From: Mobula hypostoma | Lineage: Eukaryota | Assembly: GCF_963921235.1 (NCBI RefSeq) | Contig: NC_086108.1 | Span: 40,922,001 to 40,986,000, forward strand | DNA: 64,000 nucleotides | Direction: 5' to 3' | Shown: piece after piece, positions 51,177 to 62,931 of the stretch | Layout of the letters: each line of letters begins with the position of its first letter | Numbering within the stretch: position 1 is the stretch's first letter | The notes under the pieces: model-generated | Told to the model about the DNA's origin: nothing | What the model saw: the letters and a program-made list of their open reading frames with translations, nothing else | The model's database searches: none | Made by a program: the position numbers and the translations under genes

Positions 51177-51710
51177 ACATGTCAGGGAGGGTAGCACCTC
51201 TGGTGGGGGAACATGTCACATCCTTTTCAAGGAGGTTACTCCACCTTGGTCCCCAGCTGGCACTCAGCTCTCACCTGTGGCTCCCCATAGCTGTTTGCAT
51301 GCGACAGCGGCCACACCCCGGGCTACGGCTTCGACAAGCCGGCTAAACCAGGTGAGGGTAGCCGACGGGTCTCTGATGAGATAGGGAGTTGTCTATCATG
51401 TGAAGACAGACTCCGGCGGATTGAGCGGACGAGACCAATGGAAGGTCCAACTGTCAGGAAGGCGGTCTCTGCAAGCGTCATGGTACGTGTAGAGCAGGAC
51501 AGGACACAGAAGATGTCCTGGTCATCCACTGCACCTAGTCCCATCTCCAGTCATCTCGACTCTGTCTTGCCACTGGATTCAGATGGGAATTGGGAAGAGA
51601 AAGAGAGGCAGACGCTGCGCAACTCTTCCTCACTTAAATCCAAATCACGCGCTAGTCTCGACACCATCTAGTGTCGTGGTCCTCATCAACGTCAACGATG
51701 GACGAACAAC
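51177..51710 (+). mobile_element. Near full-length short non-autonomous retroelement (RTE-like 5' region, CAA tail)
   Basis: Second copy at 33610-33890; GC-rich hairpin-forming 5' part; ends gaacaac; imperfect TSD aaggtgcttt / aagatgtctt. Confidence 0.7.
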
Positions 51711-51721
51711 AAGATGTCTTC

Positions 51722-52291
51722 TACAGTGAGTGTGGGTCTACAGGCTCCTGTACCTCCTTCTCAATGGTAATAATGAGAAAAGGGCTTGTCCTAGATGGTG
51801 ATGATATTAAATGATGAATGCCACAATTCTGGAGGACCCTTCTCTTGACGATGTTCTCAATGGCAGGGTGGGTTGTGCCGATAATAGAACTGGTTGAGAC
51901 TATAACCCTCTGCAGCCCCTTGCGATCTTGTGCATTGGAGGTTCCATACAAGACAGTGATGTAATGTCAGAATACTCTCCACAGTACATTTATAAAAATT
52001 TGCAAGAGTCTTTAGTGACATAATAAATCTCCTCAAACTCCTAATGAAGTATAGCCTCAGAGTGCCTTCCTCGTGACTGCATCGATGTGTTGGGCCCATG
52101 ATAGATTCGCTGAGCTGCTGATGCCCAGGAAATTAAAGCTGCTCACCCTTTCCTCTGCTAACGCCTCAATGAGAGCTGGTGCACGTTCTCCTGACTTCCC
52201 TTCCTGAAGTCCACAATGCTGATGTTAAGTGTGAAGGTGTCATTTGCAATACCACTCACCCTGCCAATCTATCTCACTTCTATATACTTCT
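51722..52291 (-). mobile_element. Rex1/Babar LINE, 3' half (continues at 61088)
   Basis: ORF 51857 has LYFIRSLRRFIMSLKTLANFYKCTVESILT and ORF 51721 has YGTSNAQDRKGLQRV. Confidence 0.88.
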
Positions 52292-54090
52292 TGGGGAGAG
52301 TTTAAACCAGAATTGCTAGGGGGTGAGAACTGAACTGAAGAGATGGAGGAAGGGGCTGTTGGCTCACAAATTGAGAAAGCTTGGAGACAGTGTGAGAGGG
52401 AGGATAGGCAGGTGATAGAGAAGGGATGTGCTCAGACTGATGGTTCGAGATTCATCTATTTTAATGCAAGAAAAATCATGAACAAAGCAGATGAGCTTAG
52501 AATGTGGATCAATACTTGGAGCTATGATGTTGTGGCCATTACAGAGACTTGGATGGCTCAAGGGCAGGAATGGTTTCTTTGATTGCCAGGCTTTAGACGT
52601 TTCAGAAAGGACAGGGAGGGAAGCAAAAGAGGTGGGGGCATGGCACTGCTGATCAGAGATAGTGTCATGGCAGCAGAAAAGGAGGAAGTCATGGAGGGAT
52701 TGTCTACGGAGTCTCTGTGTGTGGAAGTTAGAAACAGGAAGGGGTCAATAACTCTACTGGGTGTTTTTTTAAAGACCACCCAATAGTAACAGGGATATCG
52801 ATAGCAGATAGGGAGACAGATTCTGCAAAGGTGTAATTATAACAGGGTTGTCATACTGGGAGATTTTAACTTCCCAAATATTGATTAGCATCTCCCTAGA
52901 GCAAGGGGTTTAGGTGGGGTGCAGTTTGACAGGTGTGTTCAGGAAAGTTTCCTGACACAATATCTAGATAAGCCTATAAGAGGAGAGGCTGTACTTGATC
53001 TGGTATTGGGAAATGAACCTGGTTAGGTGTCAGGTCTGTCAGTGGGAGAGCATTTTGGAGACAGTGATCACAATTCTATCTCTTTTACCATAGCATTGGA
53101 GAGGGATAGGAACAGACAAGTTAGGGGAACATTTAATTGGAGTAAGAGGAAATACGAAGTTATCAGGCAGGAACTTGGAGGCATAAATTGGGAACAGATA
53201 TTCTCAAGGAAATGTACGGCAGAAATGTGGCAAATGTTCAGGGGATATTTGCGTGGTGTTCTGCATAGGTACGTTCCAATGAGACAAGGAAAGGATGGTA
53301 GGGTACAGGAACCGCGGTGTACAAAGGCTGTTGAAAATTTAGTCAAGAAGAAAAGAAAAGCTTACGAAAGGTTCAAAAAACTAGGTAATGTTGGAGATTG
53401 AGAAGATTGTAAGGCTAGCAGGAAGGAGCTTAAGAATGAAATTATGAGAGCCCGAAGGGACCATGAGAAGGCTTTGGTGAGCAGGATTAAAGAAAACCAC
53501 AAGGCATTCTACTAGTATGTGAAGAGCAAGTGAATAAGATGCAAGAGAATAGGACCAATCAAGTGTGACAGTGGAAAAGTGCGTATGGAACCGGAGGAGA
53601 AAGCAGAGGTACTTAATGAATACTTTGCTTCAGTATTCACTATGGAAAAGGATCTTGGCAATCGTAGGGATGACTTACAGCGGATTGAAAAGCTTGAGCA
53701 TATAGACATTAAGAAAGAGGATGTGCTGGCGCTTTTGTAAAGCATCAAGGTGGATAAGTTACCAGGACCGGACAAGAAGTTCCCCAGGCTACTGTGGGAG
53801 GCGAGGGTGGAGATTGATGAGCCTCTGGTGATGACCTTTGCATCATCAGTGGGGATGGGAGAGGTTCTGGAGGATTGGTGGGTTGCAGATGTTGTTCCCT
53901 TATTCATGAAAGGAAGTAGAGATAGCCCTGGAAATTACAGACCAGTGAGTCTTAATTCAGTGGTTGGTAAGTTGATGGAGAAGACCCTGAGAGGCAGGAT
54001 TTATGAACATTTGGAGAGGCATAATATGAATAGGAATAGTCAGCATGGCTTTGTCAAAGGCAGGTCATGCCTTACAAGACTGATTGATTT

Positions 54091-54814
54091 TTTTTTAATT
54101 TTCCTCCATTTTGCTTTAATATCGTACCCCCAAAACAAACCTCCCCCCACCCGCCCTCCCCGAACATATCATGGCAGCTAATATATTTACAACACAACAA
54201 CTCACAAATACAAGTACAGACATTTCACAACCATACCCCCACACTACTTCAAGACGATGACTCACACACATCTGCAACATGTCAGGTGATCCAAAATACA
54301 CTCATATTTACAATTCATCAACCACCCTGAGGTAAATTAAAAGCGTGTTAAATGGGAGGCAACTTCCCAAGTACAATCAAATGCCCTCAGCTAGTAGGTA
54401 ATTCCTTAAGACTCCCAAAATATGATAAGAAAGGTCCCCATTTCGAATAGAACTTTTTCACAGACCCCCTCAAAGTGAATTTAATCTTTTCTAATTTCAG
54501 AAAAAGCATATACATCTTCTAACCAAGCAGCAGCAGTTGCGGGAGTGGCAGATTTCCAAACCAGCAAAATTCTCCTATGGGCCAATAGCGATGTAAATGC
54601 AATGATATCCGACTGGCTTGCATTTAAACCCAAATCATCATCTGCCACACCAAATACAGCTATAAGCGGGCAAGGTCTCAGTGTCACCCCCAAAACCTCA
54701 CTGAAAATTTTAAAAACCAGTGCCCAATTGTCATCAAGCCGAGGGTATGACCAAAATGCATGTACTAAACCAGCCGGAGAGAAGGAACACCTGTCACAGC
54801 CAGCGTCTGTCCTA
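54091..54814 (-). mobile_element. L1 LINE 3' fragment with poly(A) and TSD
   Basis: Minus strand encodes CDRCSFSPAGLVHAFWS..IAFTSLLAHRRILLVWKS (ORF2 C-terminal zinc-knuckle region); flanked by tgattgattttttttt at 54081-54096 and 54815-54830. Confidence 0.9.
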
Positions 54815-55042
54815 TGATTGATTTTTTTTTGAGGATGTGACTAAACACATTTATGAAGGTGGAGCAGTCGAGGTAGTGTATATGGATTTCAGCAAGGCAC
54901 TTGACAAGGTACCCCATGCAAGGCTTGCTGAGAAAGTAAGGAGGCATGGGATCCAAGGGGACCTTGCTTTGTGAATCCAGTCAACACACATCAAAGTTGC
55001 TGGTGAACGCAGCAGGCCAGGCAGCACCTGTAGGAAGAGGTG

Positions 55043-55080
55043 CAGTCGACGTTTCAGGCCAAGATCCTTCGTCAGGACTA
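55043..55080 (-). ncRNA. Minimal type I hammerhead ribozyme (Penelope pLTR), core intact
   Basis: Minus strand reads UAGUC CUGACGA AGG-AUCUUGG-CCU GAAAC GUC^GACUG: stem I UAGUC/GACUG, stem II AGG/CCU, palindromic ACGU in place of stem III. Confidence 0.85.
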
Positions 55081-55373
55081 ACTGAAGGAAGAGTGAGTAA
55101 GGGATTTGAAAGTTGGAGGGGGAGGGGGAGATCCAAAATGATAGGACAAGACAGGAGGGGGAGGGATAGAGCCAAGAGCTGGATAGGTGATAGGCAAAAG
55201 GGGATACAAGAGGATCATGGGACAGGAGGTCCGGGAAGAAAGACAAGGTGGGGGGGACCCAGAGGATGGGCAAGAGGTATATTCAGAGGGACAGAGGGAG
55301 AAAAAGGAGAGTGAGAGAAAGAATGTGTGCATAAAAATAAGGAACAGATGGGGTACGAGGGGGAGGTGGGACC

Positions 55374-56910
55374 TTAGCGGAAGTTAGAGAAGTCGATGTT
55401 CATGCCATCAGGTTGGAGGCTACCCAGACGGAATATAAGGTGTTGTTCCTCCAACCTGAGTGTGGCTTCATCTTTACAGTAGAGGAGGCTGTGGATAGAC
55501 ATGTCAGAATGGGAATGGGATGTGGAATTAAAATGTGTGGCCACTGGGAGATCCTGCTTTCTCTGGCGGACAGAGCGCAAATGTTCAGCAAAGCGGTCCC
55601 CCAGTCTGCGTCGGGTCTCGTCAAAATATATAAAAGGCCACATCGGGAGCACCGGACGCAGTATATCACCCCAGTCAACTCACAGGTGAAGTGTTGCCTC
55701 ACCTGGAAGGACTGTTTGGGTCCCTGAATGGTGGTAAGGGAGGAAGTGTAAGGGCATGTGTAGCACTTGTTCTGCTTACACGGATAAGTGCCAGGAGGGA
55801 GATCAGTGGGGAGGGATGGGGGGGATGAATGGACAAGGGAATTGCGTAGGGAGCGATCCCTGCGGAATGCAGTGGGGGGGAGGAAAAGATGTGCTTAGTG
55901 GTGGGATCCCGTTGGAGGTGGCGGAAGTTACGGAGAATAGTATGTTGGACCCGGAGGCTGGTGGGGTGGTAGGTAAGGACCACGGGAACCCTATTCCTAG
56001 TGGGGTGGCGGGAGGATGGAGTGAGAGCAGATGTACGTGAAATGGGGGAGATGCGTTTAAGAGCAGAGTTGATAGTGGAGGAAGGGAAACCCCTTTCTTT
56101 AAAAAAGGAAGACATCTCCCTCGTCCCAGAGGGAAAAGCCTCATCCTGAGAGCAGATGCGGCGGAGACAGAGGAATTGCGAGAAGGGGATGGCATTTTTG
56201 CAAGAGGCAGGGTGAGAAGAGGAATAGTCCAGATAGCTGTGAGAGTCAGTAGGCTTATAGTAGACATCAGTGGATAAGCTGTCTCCAGAGACAGAGACAG
56301 AAAGATCTAGAAAGGGGAGGGAGGTGTCAGAAATGGACCAGGTAAACTTGAGGGCAGGGTGAAAGTTGGAGGCAAAGTTAATAAAGTCAACGAGCTCAGC
56401 ATGTGCGCAGGAAGCAGCGCCAATGCAGTCGTCGATGTAGCGAAGGAAAAGTGGGGGACAGATACCAGAATAGGCACGGAACATAGATTGTTCCACAAAG
56501 CCAACAAAAAGGCAGGCATAGCTAGGACCCATACGGGTGCCCATAGCTACACCTTTAGTTTGGAGGAAGTGGGAGGAGCCAAAGGAGAAATTATTAAGAG
56601 TAAGGACTAATTCCGCTAGACGGAGCAGAGTGGTGGTAGAGGGGAACTGATTAGGTCTGGAATCCAAAAAGAAGCGTAGAGCTTTGAGACCATCCTGATG
56701 GGGGATGGAAGTATATAAGGACTGGACATCCATGGTGAAAATAAAGTGGTGGGGGCCAGGGAACTTAAAATCATCGAAAAGTTTAAGAGCGTGAGAAGTG
56801 TCACGAGCATAGGTCGGAAGGGATTGAACAAGGGGTGATAAAACCGTGTCGAGGTATGCAGAAACGAGTTCGGTGGGGCAGGAGCAAGCTGAGACAATAG
56901 GTCGGCCAAC
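55374..56910 (-). pseudogene. Penelope RT plus GIY-YIG endonuclease ORF (frameshifted near 55870 and 55625)
   Basis: 409-aa RT ORF 55699-56928; GVIYCVRCSRCGLLYI (55400-55702 frame), then ETRRRLGDRFAEH..VATHFN..RLEEQHLIFRLGSLQPDGMN (55374-55652 frame). Confidence 0.92.
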
Positions 56911-57164
56911 ATGGATGTCCAGTTGCACGGCACGGTATTATGGGCTGAATGGCCTGTATTGTTTTCTATCTTTCTATGTTTCACGACTGCGCAGGAGCAT
57001 GGAGTTCGGCCAGTGAGAACAGCAGGAAGAGTTTAAAAGGAAGACAGATTTACAGAGCGGGATCAGAGTAGTAGGAGACAGACTAGGAAGGCTTTGGCTC
57101 AACAGGGCTTCAGCAATAAAGGGTCGAGGCCAGGTAGGTTATCTGTTTAAAATAAAGACAGAGT

Positions 57165-58102
57165 ATGTGTATGAGGACAGTGTTCTGTGCTCGGTGTCCA
57201 ATGTGGGAAGTCCTGGAGACTCCCGGCCTCCTGGACGGCCACATCTGCGCCAGGTGTGTCGAGCTGCAGCTCCTTAGAGACCGTGTTAGGGAACTGGAGA
57301 TGCAGCTCGATGACCTTCGTCTGGTCAGGGAGAGTGAGGAGGTGATAGAGAGGAGCTATAGGCAGGTAGTCACACTGGTGCCTCGGGAGACAGACAAGTG
57401 GGTAACAGTCAGGAGAGGGAAGGGCAGGAGTCAGATACTAGAGAGTACCCCAGTGGCTGTTCCCCTGAATAATAAGTACTCCTGTTTGAGTACTGTTGAG
57501 GGAGATGACCTACCTGGGGGAAGCAACTGTGGTTGAGCCTCTAGCACAGAGTCTGGCCCTGTGGCTCAGAAGGGTAGGGAAAGGAAGAGGATGGCAGCAG
57601 TGATAAGAGACTCTATAGTTAGTGGGTCAGATAGGCAATTCTGTGGATCCATGAAAGAAACTCGGATGGTTGTTTGTCTCCCAGGTGCCAGGGTCCGGGA
57701 TGCTTCTGATTGAGTCCACGATATCTTGTAGTGAGTGGGAAGGAGAACAGCCAGAGGTCATGGTATATATTGGTATCAACGACATGTAGGAAAAGGGAAG
57801 AGGTCCTGAAAACCAACTACAGGGAGTTAGGAAGGAAGTTGAGAAGCAGGACCTCAGAGTTAGTAATCCCAGGATTACTGTCTGTGCCATGTGACAGTGA
57901 GTATAGGAATAGAGTGGGATGGAGGATAAATGTGTGGCTGAAGGATTGGAGCAGGGGGCAGGGATTCAGATTTCTGGATCATTGGGACCTCTTCTGGGGC
58001 AGGTGTGACCTGTACAAAAAGGACGAGTTGCAGTTGAATCCGAGGGGGTCCAATATCCTGGCAGGAAGGTTTGCTGAGGCTATTGGGGAGAGCTTAAACT
58101 AG
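57165..58102 (+). pseudogene. CR1 ORF1: Cys-rich zinc finger, coiled coil and SGNH esterase-like domain (disrupted)
   Basis: CARCPMWE..HICARC..LQLLRDRVRELEMQLDDL; VPLNNKYSCL; VIRDSIV; CLPGARVRD; FLDHWDLFWGRCDLYKKDELQLN. Stops and frameshifts present. Confidence 0.88.
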
Positions 58103-58131
58103 AATTGCTGGGGTGTGGGAACTGAACTGAA

Positions 58132-60992
58132 GTGATGGAGGAAAGGGAGGTTGGCTCACAAATAGAGAAAGCTTGGAGACAGTGCCAAAGGGAGGATAGG
58201 CAGGTGATAGAGAAGGGACGCACTCAGACTGATGGTTTGAGATCTGTCTATTTTAATGCAAGGAGTGTTGTGAACAAAGCCGATGAGCTTAGAGTGTGGA
58301 TCAGCACTTGGAGCTATGATGTTGTGGCCATTACAGAGACTTGGATGGTGCAGGGGCAGGAATGGCTACCTAGAGTGCCAGGCTTCAGATGTTTCAGAAA
58401 CAATAGGGAGGGAGGCAAAAGAGGTGGGGGCATGGCACTGCTGATCAGAGATAGTGTCATGGCAGCAGAAAAGGAGGAAGTCATGGAGGGATTGTCTACG
58501 GAGTCTCTGTGTGTGGAAGTTTGGAATAGGAAGGGGTCAATAACACTATTGGGTGTTTTTTATAGACCACCCAATAGTAACAGGGACATTGAGGAGCAGA
58601 TAGGGAGACAGATTCTGGAAAGGAGTAATAATAACAGGGTCGTTGTGGTGGGAGATTTTAATTTCCCAAATATTGATTGGCATCTCCCTGGAGTGATGGG
58701 GTTAGATGGGATAGAATTTGTTAGGTGTGTTCAGGAAGGTTTCTTGATATAATATGTAGACAAGCCTACAAGAGGTGAGGGTGTACTTGATCTGGTATTG
58801 GGAAATGAACCTGGTCAGGTGTCAGGTCTCTCGGTGGGAGAGCATTTTGGAGATAATGATTACAATTCTATCTCCTTTACCGTAGCATTGGAGAGGGATA
58901 GGAACAGACAAGTTAGGGGAACATTTAATTGGAGTAAGGGGAAATATGAGGCTATCAGGCAGGAACTTGGAAGCATAAATTAGAAACAGATGTTCTCAGC
59001 GAAATGTATGGAAAAAATGTGGCAAATGTTCAGGGGATATTTGCTTGGGGTTCCGAGTAGAACCAATGAGACCTAGAAAGGATGGTAGGGTACAAGATCC
59101 GTGGTGTACAAAGGCTATTGTAAATCTAATCAAGAAGAAAAGAAGAGCTTAGAAAATGTTCAAAAAACTAGGTAATGATAGAGCTAGAAGATTATAAGGC
59201 TAACAGGAAGGAGCTTAAGAATGAAATTAGGAGAGCCGGAAGGGGCCATGAGAAGGCCCTGGCGGGCAGGATTAAGGAAAACCGCAAGGCATTCTACAAG
59301 TATGTGAAGAGCAAGAGGATAAGACATGAGAGAATAGGACCAATCAAGTGTGACAGTGGAAAAGTGTATATGGAACCAGAGGAAATAGCGGGGATACTTA
59401 ATGAATACTTTGCTTCAGTATTCACTATGGAAAATGATATGGCGATTGTAGGGATGACTTGCAGTGGACTGAAAATCTTGAGCATGCAGATATTAAGGAA
59501 GAGGATGTTCTGGATCTTTTGGAAAGCATCAAGGTGGATAAGTCACCAGGATTGGATAGGATGTACACCAGACTACCGTGGGAAGTGAGGGAGGAGATTG
59601 GTGAGCCTTTGGCAATGATCTTTGCATTATCAGTGAGGACGGAAGAGGTTCCAAAGGATTGGAGGGTTGCGAATGTTGTTCCCTTTTTCAAGAAAGGGAG
59701 TAGGGACAGCCCAGGAAATTGTAGACCAGTGAGTCTTACTTCAGTGGTTGGTAAGTTGATGGAGAAGATCCTGAGAGGCAGGATTTATGAACATTTGGAG
59801 AGGCATAATATGATTAGGAATAGTCAGCATGGCTTTGTCAGAGGCGGGTTGTGCCTTACGAGCCTGATTGAATTTTTTGAGGATGTGACTAAACACATTG
59901 ATGAAGGTAGAGCCGTAGATGTAGTGCATATAGATTTTAGCATTTGATAAAGTACCCCATGCAAGGCTTATTGAGAAAGTAAGGAGGCATGGGATCCAAG
60001 GGGACATTGCTTTGTGGATCCAGAATTGGCTTGCCCACAGAAGGCAAAGAGTGGTTGTAGACGGGTCATGTTCTGCATGGAGGCCAGTGACCAGCGGTGT
60101 GTCTCAGGGAGATATTCTGGGACCCCTACTCTTTGATTTTTATAAATGACCTGGATGAGGAAGTGGAGGGATGGGTTAGTACATTTTCTGATGACACAAA
60201 GGTTGTGGGCGTTGTGGATAGTGTAGAGGGCTGTCAGATGTTACAATGGGACATTGATTGGATGCAAAACTGGGCTGAGAAGTGGCAGATGGAGTTCAAC
60301 CCAGGTAAATGTAAGGTGATTCATTTTGGTAGGTCAAATATGATGGCAGAATATAGCATTAATGGTAAGACTCTTGGCAGTGTGGAGGAAATATGGAATC
60401 TTGGGGTCCGAGTCCATAGGACACTCAAAACTGCTACGCAGGTTGACTCTATGGTTAAGAAGGCATACAGTGCGTTGGCCTCATGAATTGTGGGATTGAG
60501 TTTAAGAGCCGAGAGGTAATGTTGCAGCTATACAGGACCCTGGTGAGATGCCACTTGGAGTACTGTGCTCTATTCTGGTTGCCTCACCACAGGAAAGACG
60601 TGGAAACCATAGAAAAGGTGCAGAGGAGATTTACAAGGATGTTGCCTGGATTGGGGAGCATGCCTTATAAGAATAGGTTGAGTGAGCTCGGCCTTCTCTC
60701 CTCGGAATGATGGAAGATGAGAGGTGACCTGATCGAGGTGTACAAGATAATGACAGGCATTGATCTTGTGGATAGTCAAAGGCTTTTCCACAGGGCTGAA
60801 ACAGCTAGCACGAGAGGGCATAGTTTTAAGGTACTTGGAAGCAGGTACAGAGCAGGTAAGATTTTTACACAGAGGGTGGTGAGTGCGTGGAATGGGCTGC
60901 CAGTGGTGGTGGTGGAGTCGGAAACAATAGGGTCTTTAAATAGACTCCTGGATGACTATGTGGAGCTTAGAAAAATAGAGGGCTATGGGTAA
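58132..60992 (+). pseudogene. CR1 ORF2: APE endonuclease plus reverse transcriptase (disrupted)
   Basis: YFNARSVVNK, ITETW, FYRPPN, VVVGDFNFP, NCRPVSLTS, FSDDTK, HLEYC, QRVVSAWNGLP, spread over several frames. Confidence 0.93.
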
Positions 60993-61087
60993 AGCCTAGG
61001 TAGCTCTAAGGTAGGGATATGTTCAGCACAGCTTTGTAGGCTGAAGGGCCTGTATTTTGCTGTAGGTTTTCTGTTTCTGTGTTTCTA

Positions 61088-61475
61088 TCACGATATGAGA
61101 TTCTTCCATGAACAGTGGCATCATCGGTCAGTTTATAGATGGCATGTGAGATGTGCCTAGCCATACAGTCATGTAAAGAGAGCAGGACAGTGGTCTAAGC
61201 AAACGTCTTTGAGGTGCAGGTGTTGATTGTCGGCGAAGAGGTGTTATTACCGGTACACACTGACGGGCTTCCCGATAAGGAAGTCAAGTCAAGAGGGAAG
61301 TACGGAGGTGCAAGTTTTGAAGGCTGAGGGGATGATGATGTTGAACACTGAGTTATAATCAGTATTAGCAGATAGACGTATCTTTGCTATTGTCTAGGTG
61401 CCCCAAAGTCGAGTGGAAAGCCAGAGACAGTGAATCTACTGTGGACCTGTTGTGGCTACAAGCAAGTTGCCTATC
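61088..61475 (-). mobile_element. Rex1/Babar LINE, upstream (RT) half of the element split at 52291
   Basis: Antisense reads YVYLLILIITQCSTSSSP (roughly YVRLLFIDYSSAFNTIIP), LDFLIGKPVSV, and HMPSINXPMMPLF (roughly IYKFADD region); collinear with 52200-52291. Confidence 0.75.
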
Positions 61476-61639
61476 AACCCCTGAGAAGGTGGAGGTGAGT
61501 ACCTCCTTTGATGGCTGCAGCCTTTCTAATGAAGGAGCTCACGCAGTGTGTCAGAGAGGGGCACAGAAACGGCATAGGACAGTGATACATTGGCTGGTCA
61601 GGAAGGTGTCTCACCTGCAACTTTGGGTGTTTCCGCACA

Positions 61640-62345
61640 CCAAAAAGCCTTGTCATTCTTTGGGGTAGTGGTTTGGAGTTTAGGGCGTTCTGCCTGAATG
61701 AGTAACTGCAGCATAGCTTGTAAGTCGTACACATTGTGGAACTGCAAGCTGATGCGGAAGGAGTAAATGCTTAGGGTGATGGACTAGGTGTCAATCAAGC
61801 GGGCGGCTTTATCCTGAATAATGCTGCCCTTCTTGAGTTGCGGGCACCACATGCATCCAGACAAGTGGAGAGTATTCCATCATGCTCTTGATGGTGGAAA
61901 GGCTTTGGGCTGTGAATGACTTGCCACAGATGCCCTTCTCTTGTAGCCACCGCCACCGTGTGGCATGTCCAGTTAAGAAGCTGATCAATTCTGACCACCA
62001 CGATTCCGATGATGGGAATGGTCATTGCTTGATGTATGTGTATAGTGGCTATTGCCCCTTTATCAGGCCGTGCCTCATGAAGGGGAAGCCCCAAAGTGCT
62101 CCAATAGCAATAAACCACTTCTGTAGTTATACCTTCGTCAACCTGCCTACTGCAAGCAGTCAGTCCGTTTTATCAGTATCAGTTGCTGACTGACTCTCTT
62201 CCCATGTATCAAAAAGCTCCCACTCTCTTCCTGAGCTAGAGCCACAGCATTTCTACACCTGAACACCCAGTCTTGGTACTTCCAGCTGCAAAAGGCTTCG
62301 CCCCACAACTCACGTGAGATGCAGTGAAATGCCACAGAGTGGATT
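61640..62345 (-). mobile_element. Old CR1-group LINE remnant
   Basis: Antisense SMMEYSPLVWMH..IQDKAARLIDT (61790-61890) is a CR1-group RT C-terminal motif. Confidence 0.65.
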
Positions 62346-62369
62346 ACCCTGAAACATTGTGGTTACCAC

Positions 62370-62930
62370 TATGTGGATAACTATAGTGTCAATGTAGAAG
62401 AGTGCACCAATATAAAAGAGCCAAAAAACATAATTAAGCTCCATTTGGTGAACATTCGGCGTGAAGATCTATCCTGGGGCGAACATGCTGATGTGGTTCC
62501 CAAGGTGGGATGTCAGCAACCATATCTCATTAAGCGTTTAAGGACATTTGACATGTCAATAAAGACTCTTACAAATTTCTATAGCTGTACCACGGAGCGC
62601 ATTCTAACTGTTTGTGTCACCGTCTGGTGGGGAAGGGCCACGGCACAGGATCAGAAGAAGCTGCAGGGGTTTCCAAGCTCTGTCAGGTCCAACATGGGTA
62701 TTACCTTGCCCACTATCAACATTTTCAAAAGGCAAAACCTCAAAAAGGTGGCAGCCATCATTAAGAACCCCCATCACCCATGCTCTCTCCTTACTTCTAC
62801 CATCAGTGGAGATACTGGAGCTGAAGAGACACACATTCAATGTTTTAGGAACAGCTTCTTCCCCTCCACCATCAGATTTCTGAATGGCCAATGAACTCAT
62901 GAACTTTACCTCACTATTATTGGTCTCATT
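62370..62930 (+). mobile_element. Rex1/Babar LINE 3' fragment
   Basis: ORF 62373-62894 has DLSWGEH..IKRLRTF..TLTNFYSCTTERILT..IIKNPHHP..FRNSFFPSTIRFLN. Confidence 0.88.
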
Positions 62931-62931
62931 T

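Larger units (their letters stand above)
54981..56912 (-). mobile_element. Penelope-like element (Poseidon-type), 5'-truncated, young
   Basis: RT motifs GRPIVS, TMDVQSLYTSI, KGVAMGTRMGPSYACLF, LRYIDD, FLDL, YKPTDSHSYL; GIY-YIG domain; 3' pLTR with hammerhead. Confidence 0.96.
52292..56980 (+). mobile_element. CR1 copy A (end of ORF1, ORF2 EN-RT), interrupted by L1 and Penelope, about 1 kb of 3' ORF2 missing
   Basis: Collinear with 58084-60022 (YFNARKIMNKADEL..VAITETW, GDSDHNSI, NYRPVSL, DFSKALDKVPH); CR1-type tail at about 56915-56980. Confidence 0.92.
56987..61087 (+). mobile_element. Full-length CR1 LINE (copy B), about 4.1 kb, 6-bp TSD
   Basis: 5' UTR, ORF1, ORF2 and (TTTCTR)n-like tail; TCACGA at 56981-56986 and 61088-61093. 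Confidence 0.93.

Noticed and set aside
51438..51671. Conserved small protein shared with 33610-33825
   Set aside because: Similarity follows from both being copies of one repeat, and an indel changes the frame between the copies.
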